Origin: Mobula hypostoma
Taxonomy: Eukaryota
DNA length: 64,000 nucleotides
Direction of reading: 5' to 3'
NCBI RefSeq assembly: GCF_963921235.1
Contig: NC_086107.1
Span: forward strand, 100,690,001 to 100,754,000
Every line of letters begins with the position of its first letter. Within the stretch, counting starts at the first letter, position 1. Shown here piece by piece: positions 35,083 to 47,856 of the stretch. The notes beneath the pieces were generated by a model, which was given only the letters and a program-made list of their open reading frames with translations, did no database searches and was not told the DNA's origin. Made by a program: the position numbers and the translations under genes.

Positions 35083-37615
35083 CAAGTTTCCCCCGCCATC
35101 CGAAGGTAGAGCGTTTGAATGAAACGGTTTGTAAGCCAAAATGTCGTAAAGTGAAGAAGCAATTACCATTTATTAATATGGGAAAAATTTTTGAGCGTTT
35201 CCAGACCCAAAAAATAACCTACCAAATCATGCCAAATAACACATAAAACCTAAAATAACAGTAACATATAGTAAAAGCAGGAATGATATGATAAATACAC
35301 AGCCTAAATACTTCTTGCAATCATTAAAGTACTGTCTAGCGCAGCGAAAATCTCACGCATGCGCTCTCGGCAGAAGCACTCTCTCCAGTAACCTTTAAGC
35401 TATGAGGCTGACAAATCATACTAAACAACACAAAAATACACAGCCCATATAAAGTAGAATAATGTATGTACATTAATGTATAATATTTAATATACATTAA
35501 TGTATAATGTACATAATGTATGTACAGTGTAGTTTCACTTACGGGAATCGGGATGGTGTGTTAGGCTGAGTCGTCGGAAATTGGGGTGGTGGGAGGTAGA
35601 AGAGACTGGGGTGTCATCTCATCGTTGTCTATTTCCAATAGGGCAGCCAGGTCATCTTCTATGTCTGCCTGCCTCGATGTCGAAGGTCGAGGTTCGTCGT
35701 CTGCTGTGGCTGATGTGCAAGGCTTGAAAAATGACAGTATATTTGATTGCTGAGCCTCGCGCATTTTTAGATCATAGAGTTCTTTGTAAGCACTCAAAAC
35801 ATCCTGCAAAGCTGCCCTAAACCTACGTGCCCTTTCAAAATTAAAGTCATACTTTTCTGCAATCATTGCAGCGCTGTCAATCACAGCGGAAATCTCACGC
35901 AACTGCTTCACGCTCAGTCCCTGGACGACTTCATTTTCGGTACTGCGTTCGGTTTCAATTGTTCTCCTTTCCTCTTGCAATTGCATCAGCTCTTCATCTG
36001 TCAATTCTTGGTCATGGGATGCCAAAACCTCCTCAACATCATCTTCGTCAACTTCCACAAACCCAGCCTCCTTAACCAAGCTCACTATTGTCGTATTCAT
36101 TGTTGATGGTTCGAAACCTTTAAAATCATTCACTGCTTTGGGACATAGTTTCCTCCAAACGCCATTTCTCATCGAGACTGTTAGCCTATCGAGAGCATCC
36201 CCAATGTTGGCGATTGCCAGTTTTATATTGTAGTCTTTCCAGATCTCTCACAAAGATGCTTCGGAGTTGCCCTCTCTGTCAATAGCACTTACAATAAAAC
36301 GCATCACATTTTGCGTATAGTAAGCCTTAATTGTGGCTATTAGGCCTTGGTCGCACGGCTGCAGCAACGATGTCGTATTTGGCGGTAAGAACACAACACA
36401 AATGTTACTGCCATACTCGGTAATGTCAGGCGGATGAGCAGCACAATTATCGACAATCACAAGACACCTATTATTGAGGTTATTTTCTCTGCAGTATTTT
36501 TCGACAAAAGAACTAATGTATCTGCTCATGTACTCAGAAAAAAGCACTTGGGTGTTCCAGCTGCTTGAACGTGAACGGAACACAATGGGAAGTGTTTTCT
36601 TATCAACGCCTTTAAGTGCCCTTGGATTTTCTGAATGGTACACTAGTAGAGGCTTAGTGGCGTTAATAACAGGCATTAGGGTAAACCTGTCCTTCGATGC
36701 CTTGTGTCCCTTAGCCTGCTTTTCTTCTTTCGAAATAAATGTCTTACTCAGCAATTTTTTCCAATAAATTGCAGTTTCATCACATTTAAACACTTGCTTA
36801 TACAAATAACCACCTTCTGTAATTATTTTCTTCAGTTCTGCTGGGAACCTTTCAGCAGCTTCAATATCAGCCGAAGCACTCTCTCCAGTAAGCGTTAAAC
36901 TATGAAGCTGCCCTCGCCTCAGAAACTGATCAAACCACCCGTGACTACCTTTAAATTCCACTTTCGCAATACTTCCATCACCATCGGCCGGTGCTTTCTG
37001 TTTCAGTTTATTAAAAAGACTGACTGATTTCTCCTTAAGTATAAGATAACTTAAAGGAACACCACATTTTATACACCCATCAATCCACTCAAGCAATAGA
37101 CTTTCCATTTTATCCATTACTGGATGCTGACTAAGAGAGACCACTTTGCTACGAGCAGAACCAACAATAACATCGGCAGCTTTCAAGATTTTTTTCTCTC
37201 TGCGTAGAAATAGTGCGAATGGTGGATGCAGGCAAGTTCAACGCACGGACAATGTCCTTACTTCGTTCACCACGATCGAAATGCTTAATTATATCTAGCT
37301 TTACGCTAAGTGTAACACCCTTACGAGCTCTTTTAGGCTTTTCCGATATCTTCGAACTCATCTTGCTAACGGATGCACAAAATAAATCGAGGTAAAGCAC
37401 ATGTTTAAGCAATGGCGGCTAGAATGCAGTTCCAGGGCAGGAGCTTGGCTGCTCGGGGCGCGCGCTGCTTTTTTTTCGCACGCCGCCATTTTTTGTGCGC
37501 TGCTTTTCTCGTAACAGTGAAAAAACCTTCTCTTAGCAAAAGCAGGGTACTAATGTAGGTCTTTCATAACAGTCAGGTTTCGTAAAGCAAACGTTCGAAA
37601 AGTGGGGGACACCTG
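35083..37615 (-). mobile_element. Tigger/pogo-family DNA transposon, full length
   Basis: TA on both sides (35081-82, 37616-17); imperfect TIRs caagtttcccccgccatccgaaggt / caggtgtcccccacttttcgaacgt; internal transposase. Confidence 0.92.
35561..37361 (-). pseudogene. Tigger/pogo transposase (HTH-psq, CENP-B HTH, DDD domain), disrupted
   Basis: KRARKGVTLSVKLDIIKHF..LPASTIRTI; FKGSHGWF; CDETAIYWK, VDNCAAHP and LPPNTTSLLQPCDQG catalytic motifs; one frameshift near 37190 and one in-frame TGA at 36248-36250. Confidence 0.9.
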
Positions 37616-38394
37616 TAATATTAATGGTGAGACTCTTGGCAGTATGGAGGATCAGCTAGATCTTGGGGTCAGTGTCCATAGGATACTCAAATCTGTTGTG
37701 CAGGTTGACAGTGTTGTTAAGAAGGTGTGTCGTGTGTTGGCCTTCATCAACGGTGGGATTTTCAAGAGCCATGAGGTAATATTACTGCTATATAAGTCCT
37801 TAGTTAGACCCCAGTTGGGTACTGTGTTCAGGTTTGGTCACCTCATTACAGGAAGAATGTGGGTACTATAGAGAGAATGCAGAGGAGATTTACAAAGATG
37901 TTCCCTGAATTGGAGAGCACGCCTTCTGAGAATAAGTTGTGGGTCAGCTTGGCCTTTTCTCCTTGGAGTGATGGAGGATGAGAGGTGACCTGATAGAGGT
38001 GTATAAGATGATGAGAGGCATTGATCATGTGGATAGCCAAAGGTTTTTTTCCCAGGCTGAAATGGCTAACACAAGGGGGGCATAGTTTTAAGGTGCTTGG
38101 AAGTAAGTACAAGAGGGATGTCAGAGGTAAGTTTTTCACACAGACTGGTGGGTACGTGGAATGCACTGCCAGCGATGGTGGTGGAGGCGGACACAATAGG
38201 GTCTTTTAACAGACTCTTAGGTCGGTACATGGAACTTAGAAAAATAGAGGGCTATGCGGTAAGGAAATTTTAGGCAGTTTCTAGAGTAGGTTACATGGTC
38301 GGCACAACGTTGTGGGCCGAAGGGCCTGTAATGTGCAGCAGATTTCTATGTTTCTAAAAGTGTGACCTGGAAATGACCTTTTAGATTCACCTTG

Positions 38395-39835
38395 TCCAGG
38401 GGTTTGTCCTATACCTATGCCCAATTTGTTTGCCAATTGGTTCACTAGGGAGAGCTAATCTGAGATACACTGGACAAGAAGTTCCCACCTGCTTCAAAAG
38501 GGCCACATTTACACCAGTGCCCAAAAGGAGCAGGGTGACCTAACTTAATGACACTTGTCCAGTAGCACTCACAGCTATGGTGATGAAGTGCTTTAGAGGT
38601 GGGTTATGGCTAGAATTGACTCCTGTCTCAGCAAGAAACTGGACCCACTGCAGTTTGCTATTGCTGCAATAGATCTACGGCAGATGTGATCACATTGGCT
38701 CTTCACACGGATTGGATCACATTGACAATACCAGTACCAATGTTGGGATGCTGCTTATTGACTACAGCTCAGCATTTAACTCAATCATTCCTACAGTTCT
38801 GATTGGAAAGCTCCAAAACCTGCCTCTCTGTACTTCCTTCTGCAACTGGATCTTCGACATCCTGACTAGAAGACCACAATCTGTGCGGATAGGAAATAAC
38901 ATCACCTTGCTGACATTCAACACTTGTACACTTCAGGGATGTGTGCTTAGCCCACTGCTCTGCTCTCTCTAGACCCATGATTGTGTGGCCAGGCACAGCT
39001 CAAATGCCATCTCTAAATTTGCTGAAGACAGAACCATTGTTGGCTGAATTTCAGACGGAGCGAGATACATCTACCAGTTGAGTGATGTCACAGCAACAAC
39101 CTTTCACTCAATGTCAGTAAGACCAAAGGACTGATTGTGGACTTCAGAAAGGGTAAGATGAGGGAACACACACCAGTCCTCAGTGAGGGATCAGAAGAGG
39201 AAAGGGTGAGCAATTTCAAGTTCCTGGGTGTCAACATCTCTGAGGATCTATCCTGGGCCCAGCATATCGATGCATCTGTAAAGAAGGCATGACTGCAGAT
39301 ATATTTCATTAGGATTTTGAGGAGATGTGGTATGTCACCAAAGACACTCGCCAATTTCTGCAAATGTACCGTGGAGAGCATTCTGACAGGCTGCATCATT
39401 GGTTTGTAGGTACAGAGGGACTACTGCGCAGAATCAAAGTACGCTGCAGAGAGTTATAAAATTAGTCATCTCCGTCATGGCCACTAGCCTCCGTAGTATC
39501 CAGGACATCTTCATGAGCAATGTCTCAAAAAGGCGGTATCCATCATTAAGGATCCTCATCACCCTGGACATGCCCTCTTTTCACTGCTACCATCAGGGAG
39601 GAGGTACAGGAGCCTGAAGGCACACACTCAATGATTCAGGAACAGCTTCTTCCCCTCTGAATGGACAATGAATCCATGAACACTGCCTCGCTACTGTTTT
39701 AATTTCTATTTTTGCACTACTTATTTAATATATGTATACTTTAATTCAGATTTTCCTCTATTATTATGTATTGCAATGTACTGCTGCCACAAAAACAAAT
39801 TTAATGGCATATGCTGGTGATACCGATTCTGATTC
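38395..39835 (+). mobile_element. Decayed Rex1/L2-type LINE (RT + 3' tail)
   Basis: [42 protein letters not shown]; gattctgattc tail. Confidence 0.85.
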
Positions 39836-39984
39836 AGTTGCTGCCTTATTTACTGACAGAGCCTTGTGAAATATTTTGGTTGTGTTAAACACAATTTAAA
39901 GGCTGAATGTAATAATACAGTAAAATCTGCTTAACTTATTTCCTTTGTGTTTGTGAGCAATCACCACATCAAACGTCTATTGGC

Positions 39985-40165
39985 ACTTTACGTTCTTCCC
40001 ATGACTGTGTGGGTTTCCTCTGGGTGCTCTGTGTTTCCTCCCACAGTGCAAAGACGTACTGGTTTGTAGGTTGATAGGTCATTGTTAATTGTCCTGTGAT
40101 TAGGAATAAATTAGGGGAGTGCTGGGTGGCTCAGCTCTTTTCCACACTGTATGTCAATAAATAAA
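39985..40165 (+). mobile_element. V-SINE-like fragment
   Basis: gtgggtttcctctgggtgctctgtgtttcctcccacagtgcaaagacgt V-domain and an aataaataaa tail. Confidence 0.65.
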
Positions 40166-41004
40166 ACATCCCCCCTGTCCCCACTGCAACACCATCCATG
40201 AACAGAATTTGTGGCACCCATGGAGCATCATATCTGTAAAGACGCCACTCCAGATGTCCTTTGAGGTACATGAGATAGGAATTTATAAAAGTGCTGATTA
40301 AGTTCCTGATGACCGACAAAATACACTGCCCCGTGCCTTTTGTAAAGCCAGTCTGGTAACTCAGAGTTAGGATAAACCAGTGACATTGTATGACTACAGG
40401 GCATGTTTGCTAACGTTTATGTAGGTGCTGAGAGCGGCAAGACTGCATAATGTGAATGATTTTTCTCAGTGAGGTTGAGGGGCGATGTGTATATTAACAA
40501 TGATTTTGTCAACAATGTAAAAGCCTTCCAGTTATCTATTCACTAAATAATTTCCATTATGGTTCTGTAAACACTTTCGGAAGAAAACAATGGAGGTAAT
40601 TCAATTATTCTTTCTAAATACATCGTGAAATGAAAGATTAGAATTGATAACCCCAGTGAAGTTTTTAAAAAAAAGCATTACCAGCTTAACTATATTGAAA
40701 CCTGTAATAAAGCCAAAACACATTACAGCACTTGTTGATGTTTCCACAATAATATCACACTGGGGTGACTAGGGGCAGATGTTGAAAGAAGTAACTTTCC
40801 AATATCTTGTTGGCGGAGAGAGGAAGGATGAGAAATTGTCAGAATTTGGGCTTTGGCATTTAAAGGAAGGGTGTAATGATTTTGTTCATTAAAATAAAAT
40901 GCAAATTTGGCAATAAAACCAGGCCAGATTAGAAGAGTGCAGTGTTGGACTAACAAAATCAACAGGCAAGTGTGAGAATATATGTTTTTAAAAAAGGCTT
41001 CCTT

Positions 41005-41875
41005 AATACTTTATACTTTATTGTCACCAAACTATTGATACTAGAACATACAATCATCACAGCAATATTTGATTCTGTGCTTCCCGCTCCCTGGAGTACA
41101 AATCGATAGTAAATATTAAAAATTTAAATTGTAAATCATAAATAGAAAAGGCTGTAAAAAAAACCAAGAGGTAGGTCCGGATATTTGAAGGGTACAGCCC
41201 TGATCCGGGTCAGGATCTGTTTAGCAGTGTTATCACAGTTGGAAAGAAGCTGTTCCCAAATCTGGCCGTACGAGTCTACAAGCTCCTGAGCCTTCTTCCG
41301 GAAGGAAGAGGGACGAAAAGTGTGTTGGCTGGGTGGGTCGTGTCCTTGATTATCCTGGCAGCACTGCTCTGACAGCGTGCGGTGTGAAGTGAGTCCAAGG
41401 ACGGAAGATTGGTTTGTGTGATGTGCTGCGCCGTGTTCACGATCTTCTGCAGCTTCTTCCGGTCTTGGACAGGACAACTTCCATACCAGGTTGTGATGCA
41501 CCCTAGAAGAATGCTTTCTACGGTGCATCTATAAAAATTAGTGAGGGTTTTAGGGGACAGGCCAAATTTCTTTAGTTTTCTCAGGAAGTAAAGGTGCTGG
41601 TGGGCCTTCTTGGCAGTGAACTCTGCTTGGTTGGACTAAATGAGGTCATTTGTGATATTGACCCCGAGGAACTTAAAGCTTTTGACCTGTTTCACTTGCG
41701 CACTACCGATGTAAATTGAGTCGTGCGGTCTGCTACTCCTTCTGAAGTCAACAACCAATTCCTTCATCTTACTGACGTTGAGAGATAGGTTATTGTCTTC
41801 GCACCATGCCACCAGGTTCTTAATTTTCTCTCTGTACTCAAACTCATCATTACCCGAGATACGGCCTACAATTAC
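41005..41875 (-). mobile_element. Rex1/L2-type LINE 3' part
   Basis: VIVGRISGNDEFEYREKIKNLVAWCEDNNLSLNVSKMKELVVDFRR..FKFLGV; tail aataaagtataaaagtat on the minus strand. Confidence 0.85.
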
Positions 41876-42019
41876 AGTGTAAAAGAATGAGTGACCTTGT
41901 TCAAAAACATGTAAGGAGGCTCGATAGAGCAGACGTTGAGATATTTTCATTGGTAGGATTATCAAAATTAAAGGGTTATGGCTGCATTGTCCTCATTTAC
42001 AAACAAGTTGGAAATCAGG

Positions 42020-42650
42020 AATTGGAGGTCCATATTGCTGTTGAAAGTGGATTACAATATCCTGTTCAAGGTATTGCCAGTTGGATCAAGACAATTCTGA
42101 GATACTCATACCAGACCTGTGCTGCACGAAAACTTCTGTTCTGCTTAGGCATCCCATCACCTGCGTGCAGGGCAAGTGGATAGACATTTGCTTGTCAGCA
42201 TAGACCAGGAGGAGGCCTTTGGCATATGAACCACGTGTTGGAACACACTATCCAAAATGGGCTTTGGGGAGCCAATCGGGACTTGGATTGAAATGTTCTA
42301 CACCAATATCAACCATGTAGTTCAAATTAATGGGTGGTAAAATGATAGACTCCTCCGAGTCAGGATTCATTGTCCTCTCCAATCTTGTTTGTGTACTGCG
42401 TGGAACTCTTCGCCAAATCCGTCAGGCAGTATATAGGATACCTGAAGTTACTGGCGATCTAGTATGGAGGAATGTAAGGTTGAAGGAAAATCGAGACTAT
42501 GAGACTGGTTGTCCATCGCGATGACTGGCTACAAACATGGTTATCAGGTGTGAGGTACTCAATGCTGACATACTTGGTGCAGGTGTGGCCCGTATTCCAC
42601 TCTTCTGCGTGGGCGGTAACCTGAGTCATCTTCCTTTTCACCAAGATGGA
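42020..42650 (+). mobile_element. Highly decayed Tx1/L1-like RT fragment
   Basis: DQEEAF..WNTLSKMGFG-like remnant at ~42200-42270. Confidence 0.4.
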
Positions 42651-43445
42651 ATTGTGATGTGGATAGTAGTTGGAGTTTTGCTGTTGAGCAGTATTTGAGA
42701 AGATTGATTCTTTTGGACTAGAGGGAAAATGATAAGTACATGGAAGTTTGTGTAGTTGGAGTTGGGTTGTGGAAGAGTTTATACTCCATGTAATGCTAAG
42801 GCTTCCTGCTGTACTGCACCAAGTTCCTCCAGCATTTTGTGTGTGGCACTGTTGGAGGTGTTGTTTAGCAGGAAGTGTTAAAGTGAGCCTTGAGACATAA
42901 ATAATCTCACAGAACTTTCATCAAAACAGGATGACCTGGACAACCCTCAAACAATGTCAGTGATAAAGGTTATGTAGTAAAGATCTTGATGTGATTCGTA
43001 GGACATTTTGTGGTGCACATACTTAGCGTAATTTCTACATGTTAAATGATCTTGTGAGGAGACTTCAGGAGTACTTTAATGGCTGTGAAACTTTCTGGAA
43101 ATTCACTAATTAAAAACAGACTGATCTACATTTACACTGAAGTAACTGGCTCAAGACCTGGCCAAGCTTCCTTTTTGTCTTCTGCAATCACTTGTGTAGT
43201 GTATTGGATTTATAATCATTCCTTACATTTGATCTTTAAACATTTATTATTGTAAGATGCATGGAATGTGCTTTTTATACTTAGTAATCTATTACAGTAT
43301 TTTAGTGGAATTGGCAAGCTCTGTGGTGTATAAATCATAAACTTTGGGTGTGAAGATTATTTTTAGAAAATTGTGGAATCAAGACTGGCAACACCCTTGA
43401 AATGTATTATTTAATGTGCTTGCATTCTTGGCATACTCTTTACTA

Positions 43446-43673
43446 AAGCAATGCACACAAAATGCTGGAGGAACTCAGCAGGTCAGGCAGCATCTATGGA
43501 AATGAATGAACAGTTGACGTTTCGGGCCGAGACCATTCTTCAGATCCTGAAGGATCTCAACTCAAAACATTGACTGATTGTTCAGTTCCATGGATGCTGC
43601 CTGACCTAAATTCCTCCAGCAGTTTGTGTGTTGTTGCTTTGGATTTCCAGCCTCTGCAGGCTTTCGCGTGTTT
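43446..43673. mobile_element. Hammerhead-bearing fold-back repeat
   Basis: Inverted arms; the minus strand reads CTGAAGAatggtctcggcccGAAACGTC at 43515-43542. Confidence 0.8.
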
Positions 43674-44189
43674 ATATTTTGTACTATTTTTCTGTACTTG
43701 GTATGTTAAGTTTTCCAGGACTTCATCTATTGAATGACAACAAACTGTTCTAATTACAATACAGTCTCTTTTTTTCTCTCTTTCTCATTCTAAAATCATT
43801 TTATTAACTTTTAAATATCCTGCTTTTACGTCTCCTCCCAGCTTAGGTCCCTCACCTGCACCGCTCTAATATGTTCCGTTTGTAGGGTGGATAATTAATT
43901 GTTTCATTCCTACTTTTCTCGATTAAACCAAACACTTATACATGTATACACCTGTGGTTAGACAGTGATTTAGATCCCTAACCTCACATTTTAGATCCCT
44001 AACCTCACATTTCTTCTTCTTTTGATCCTTGTGTTGCTGGCATTCGTCTCTGGTGTTGATAGCTTCCTTCATCATGTCAGTAGCTTCCTCTCGGTTTTCC
44101 TATTAGCCATGTAAGTCCTGGGTGGAGAGTCAGGAATACCATTGCACTCAGATGTAGAAGAATTGTTCATTGCCGTTTCTGTAACAGTT

Positions 44190-45728
44190 TTTTTAAAAAT
44201 TATTTATTTTATTTCTATTTATCACAAACAAACAAAAAAAACAGCACATCCACAAAAACCACAACCGTAACAAAATCAAATTAAATATTGAGCAGCAAAA
44301 GGGAGAAAAATATAAAGGCAAAAGTAAACATACACAGCAGAGGTGTACCACACCAGAAAACCTCAGTCCTCACCCCGTAAGAAAGTCCAATACTTCAGTT
44401 GGTGAATTCATCCTCTGTATGTGCTAAACATGTGTTGATACAGTTTAAAGCAGTGCACAGGGCTCACATGTCCAAAGATAAACTATCTCGTTATTACTCT
44501 TATATTAATCCAATATGTGACAGATGCCATTCTGAGATAGCTTCTTTAACCCACATGTTCTGGTCATGTCCCTTGTTGGAGAAATATTGGAAAGATATTT
44601 TCGATATTATTTCAACGGTCCTAAATATAGACTTACAACCTCATCCAATTACTGCTATCTTTGGACTACCAAGGATAGACTTAAATAATTTAACCTCTTC
44701 ATCACGAAGGATGATTGCATTTCTTACTTTAATAGCTAGAAGGTCCATTTTGTTGAATTGGAAAGAGATCAACCCTCCTACTGTATTTCATTGGTACACA
44801 AACAAACTATGGTGTGTTTGAATTTGGAGAAAATTAGAAGTGCAGTTTATGACCCTTCTATTAAGTTTGAAAAAACTTGGAGGCCATTCATTCAGCATTT
44901 TCATTTGATGTATTTTGATCATTTCCAAACTTGTTTTATCTCTCTGTACTGTTGTTGGAGGGGATTGGAGTCGTCGACACTAAGGTTTTCTTCTTTTCCA
45001 TTTTTAAGTTGTTAGTTTTGCCCAAGTCTTTTAGGTTAGTTGATTAATTCTGTTTTTCTTTGGGGATGGGTTTTTTTTTTGGTTTTGTTTTTTTTTCTTT
45101 TTCATTTTTTTTCCCAGTTTTTTTTTATTTTGTATTATCTGTGGTTAGTTCTACATGTTTGGGAGCTTTGTTAATTTCCACTACTTGGTTTTGCAATTAA
45201 TTTTTTTAAGTGTAACATTACATCTCCTTCTATTTGTATTATGGCTATGTTCTGTTTCTGTATTTTGAAATTAATAAAAAGATTGAAAAAGAAAAAGAAA
45301 GTCCAATACAGGGCCCCATATCCTTTCAAAGATGTCCCCTCTGCCCTCATTACATAGTCTCAGTCTCTCCAAATGTAAAGTATTTGCCGGTTCTCTCAGC
45401 CACAGATCATACGTAGGCACAGAGTCCATTTTCCACATTTGCAGGATTAACTTCTTAGCAATCACCATTCCAAACAATACAGCCATTTTTTCATACATAT
45501 TGGCTGAAGATAGGGAGCTTGCTGCTCCAAGGATGGCTATGAGCGGGTCTGGTTCCCACCGCTTCCCAAAAGCCTCAGAGAAACAGTGAAAAATACTTTT
45601 CCAGTTTGCATAAATCTTACAACATGACCAGAATGTGACAAGTTACTGTTCACAGATTTACATCTATTACAAACTGGTGAAACATCAGGGTAGAAACTGT
45701 GCAACTTTTCTTTGGAATAATGGAGTAA
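44190..45728 (-). mobile_element. L1-type LINE 3' fragment (host of the 44394-45294 insertion)
   Basis: HYSKEKLHSFYPDVSPVCNRCK..; IFERIWGPVLDF; its 3' UTR continues at 44190-44393. Confidence 0.75.
44394..45294 (+). mobile_element. 5'-truncated L1-type LINE
   Basis: CDRCHSEIASLTHMFWSC zinc-knuckle; T-rich 3' UTR; AATAAA plus A-rich tail; 15-bp target duplication aagaaagtccaatac (44379-44393 / 45295-45309). Confidence 0.9.
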
Positions 45729-45955
45729 CAGTTTTGTTTGACCAGTCAGGCTTGTTAGCATTGAGCTGAACCCCTGAACATGGAGGACCAATGAACCACT
45801 GTTAGTCTGGCCTCTACCCTTTGACCTGTTTGGCATGGGTGACCCTACCAAGAGCCAAAGCATAAAGCCCTGACTCCAGCCAGCATAGCTGTCCGGGTCG
45901 CTGAGGCACGCAAACCTCCAAACCCAACGACAAGGTTGTGGACCTCTTCGAGGAA
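45729..45955 (-). mobile_element. RTE-type LINE 5' leader fragment
   Basis: Minus strand accttgtcgt..ggtttgcgtgcctca..gacccggacagctatgc..ggtagggtcacccatg resembles RTE/Expander 5' UTRs. Confidence 0.55.
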
Positions 45956-47352
45956 CCTCACGTTCATCTGGATTAAATTCCGTCCGCCATTGCTCTGCCT
46001 AACTTGCCTTTGTTTTTTGCAAGTGATTAATTTTAATTGGATCACAAAGTTGCATCCAGTCCCATTTAAAGCAAGTTCAAGGACATGATAAGAAAGTAGC
46101 ACGTACTAAATGTACATAAATGACGTGGAACCATTGAAAATGCTCAAATTTCTGAAAGTTAAAGGAAAAGGACTGTGAGTAACAATGTCAGTTGACCTAT
46201 AGATGCCAGAGAATGGAAATGCATTCAGGGTTAAAAGTCTGATCTCAAACCATGCAGTACTGTACAAGTGCACAGCGCTCCGGAATGATAGGGTACTTTG
46301 CCATACTGCAGTTTTACTTTCATTAGGGGTAAGTATCTGATTGAAATGTTCTGCTGTGGAAAGGATTGCCTGTGTGTATTAATGTAGAAAAATCCCTTTT
46401 GTATCTAGATGCTCAGAAATCTACTTGAAATAACATCTAACGTTCTTTGTGGTGAGAATGTTTCCTCTTCTCAATGCAATGCTAAATACAGATCAAATTG
46501 AACGTAAATAATTATAATTGCAACTAACATATCATATTTTTATCTTCAGATATGTTGAAATGTTCATGTAAGGGAATCATAATTTGCACTGACAAACTGA
46601 AACCACACTGTTTGATTAAAATACTAATTACGGCTTAATGTGCCATTTTTAAACCCAATCAGACCTGTAATTATTGATAAGATTTTAAGGGTGATTACAG
46701 TGGAACTCGTTTGTAGGTATCTAAGATATACGTGCACTACTGTGCAAATGTCTCAGAGGTGTGTGATTGATATATATAAGACAAATTTCATGACATGAAT
46801 GGCAATAAACCTGATTCTGATAATGGTCTCAGTTGTGGAATGAGAATGAGAAGGGGACAGGGAGTAGGGAATCATGGTTAGGAAAAGGGGAAGGGAGGGG
46901 AGGGAGCAGGAAGCAAGAGAGATATTTTGTAACCTATAAAGCAATTGTTTGGAATCAAATTACCTTGCCTGGTGTCTCAGGTCTGGGTGTGTCTGCACTT
47001 TCATCACCCCCCACCCCTGAAAGTGCTTCTCTGCTACCTGTGCCACACCCCTCCTGTGGCACTCCACCCTCTGCATTCCCAAAATCCCTTGCTCTCATCA
47101 AATTTACAAACTTGGTCTCCGCTCCACATTGACAAATACAGTACCGTACAGAAGTCGTAGGCACTCTAGCAAAGAACTGTAAGGAATCATAGATGGGTCA
47201 TTTCAGGATGATCAGGGAGTTGTAGTTCAATGTGAAGTTTCTAAAGCTGCTCAGTGTTATAGAGTTTGATGACAAATGCTTGCGGTTTTGCTGTCAATAT
47301 TTGATTCACAAGACCTTCCAAGATACCTGTACTACAATTCTGGCCTCTTGTA

Positions 47353-47856
47353 CATAAGACCATAGGATATAGGAGCAGAATTAGGCCATTTTGCCCATCG
47401 AGCCTGATCCAATTTTCCTCTTAGCCCAATCTCCTGCCTTCTCCCTGTATCCCTTCGTGCCCTGATCATTCAAAAATCTATCAACCTCTGCCTTAAATAC
47501 ACATAAAGACTTGGCCTTCATGGCTGCCTGTAGCAAAGAATTCCACAGATTCACCATTCTGGCTAAAGAAATTCCTCCTCATCTCCGTTCTTAAAAAATG
47601 CCCTCTGTGTCCCAGACCACAGGAAACATCCTCTCCACATCCATTCTTTCAAGACCTTTCACAATTCAATAAGTTTCAATGTGGTCACCTCTCATTCTTC
47701 TGAATTCTAGTGAATACAGGCCCAGAGTCATCAAACACTCCTCATATGACAAGTCATTCAATCCTTTGAACCCTCTAAGATATGGAGCCCAAAGCTACTC
47801 AATACTCCAAGTGAAGCCTCACCAGTACTTTATAAAACCTCAACATTACATCCTTT
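47353..47856 (-). mobile_element. Decayed CR1 3' fragment
   Basis: Reverse complement of the CR1 3' ORF end and tail (ataagaccataggatataggagcagaattaggcc on the + strand). Confidence 0.75.

Larger units (their letters stand above)
34975..38356 (+). mobile_element. 5'-truncated CR1 LINE joined to the U1 copy and split by a Tigger element
   Basis: DIDRMQNWAEKWHMDFNPDECEVVNFGRSN at 34979-35075. It resumes after the TA at 37616 (NINGETLGSMEDQLDLGV..) and ends in an atttctatgtttcta tail. Confidence 0.85.

Noticed and set aside
35460..35527. AT-rich palindromic tandem (aatgtatgtaca..)
   Set aside because: Local slippage duplication within the Tigger subterminal region.
43968..44012. Short tandem duplication (ttagatccctaacctcacatt x2)
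   Set aside because: Simple local duplication with no evident functional context.
45885..45955. HDV-like ribozyme in the RTE 5' leader
   Set aside because: Some elements (a P4-like hairpin and a UUGUCGU loop) are suggestive, but I could not build a consistent P1/P1.1/P3 double pseudoknot by eye.
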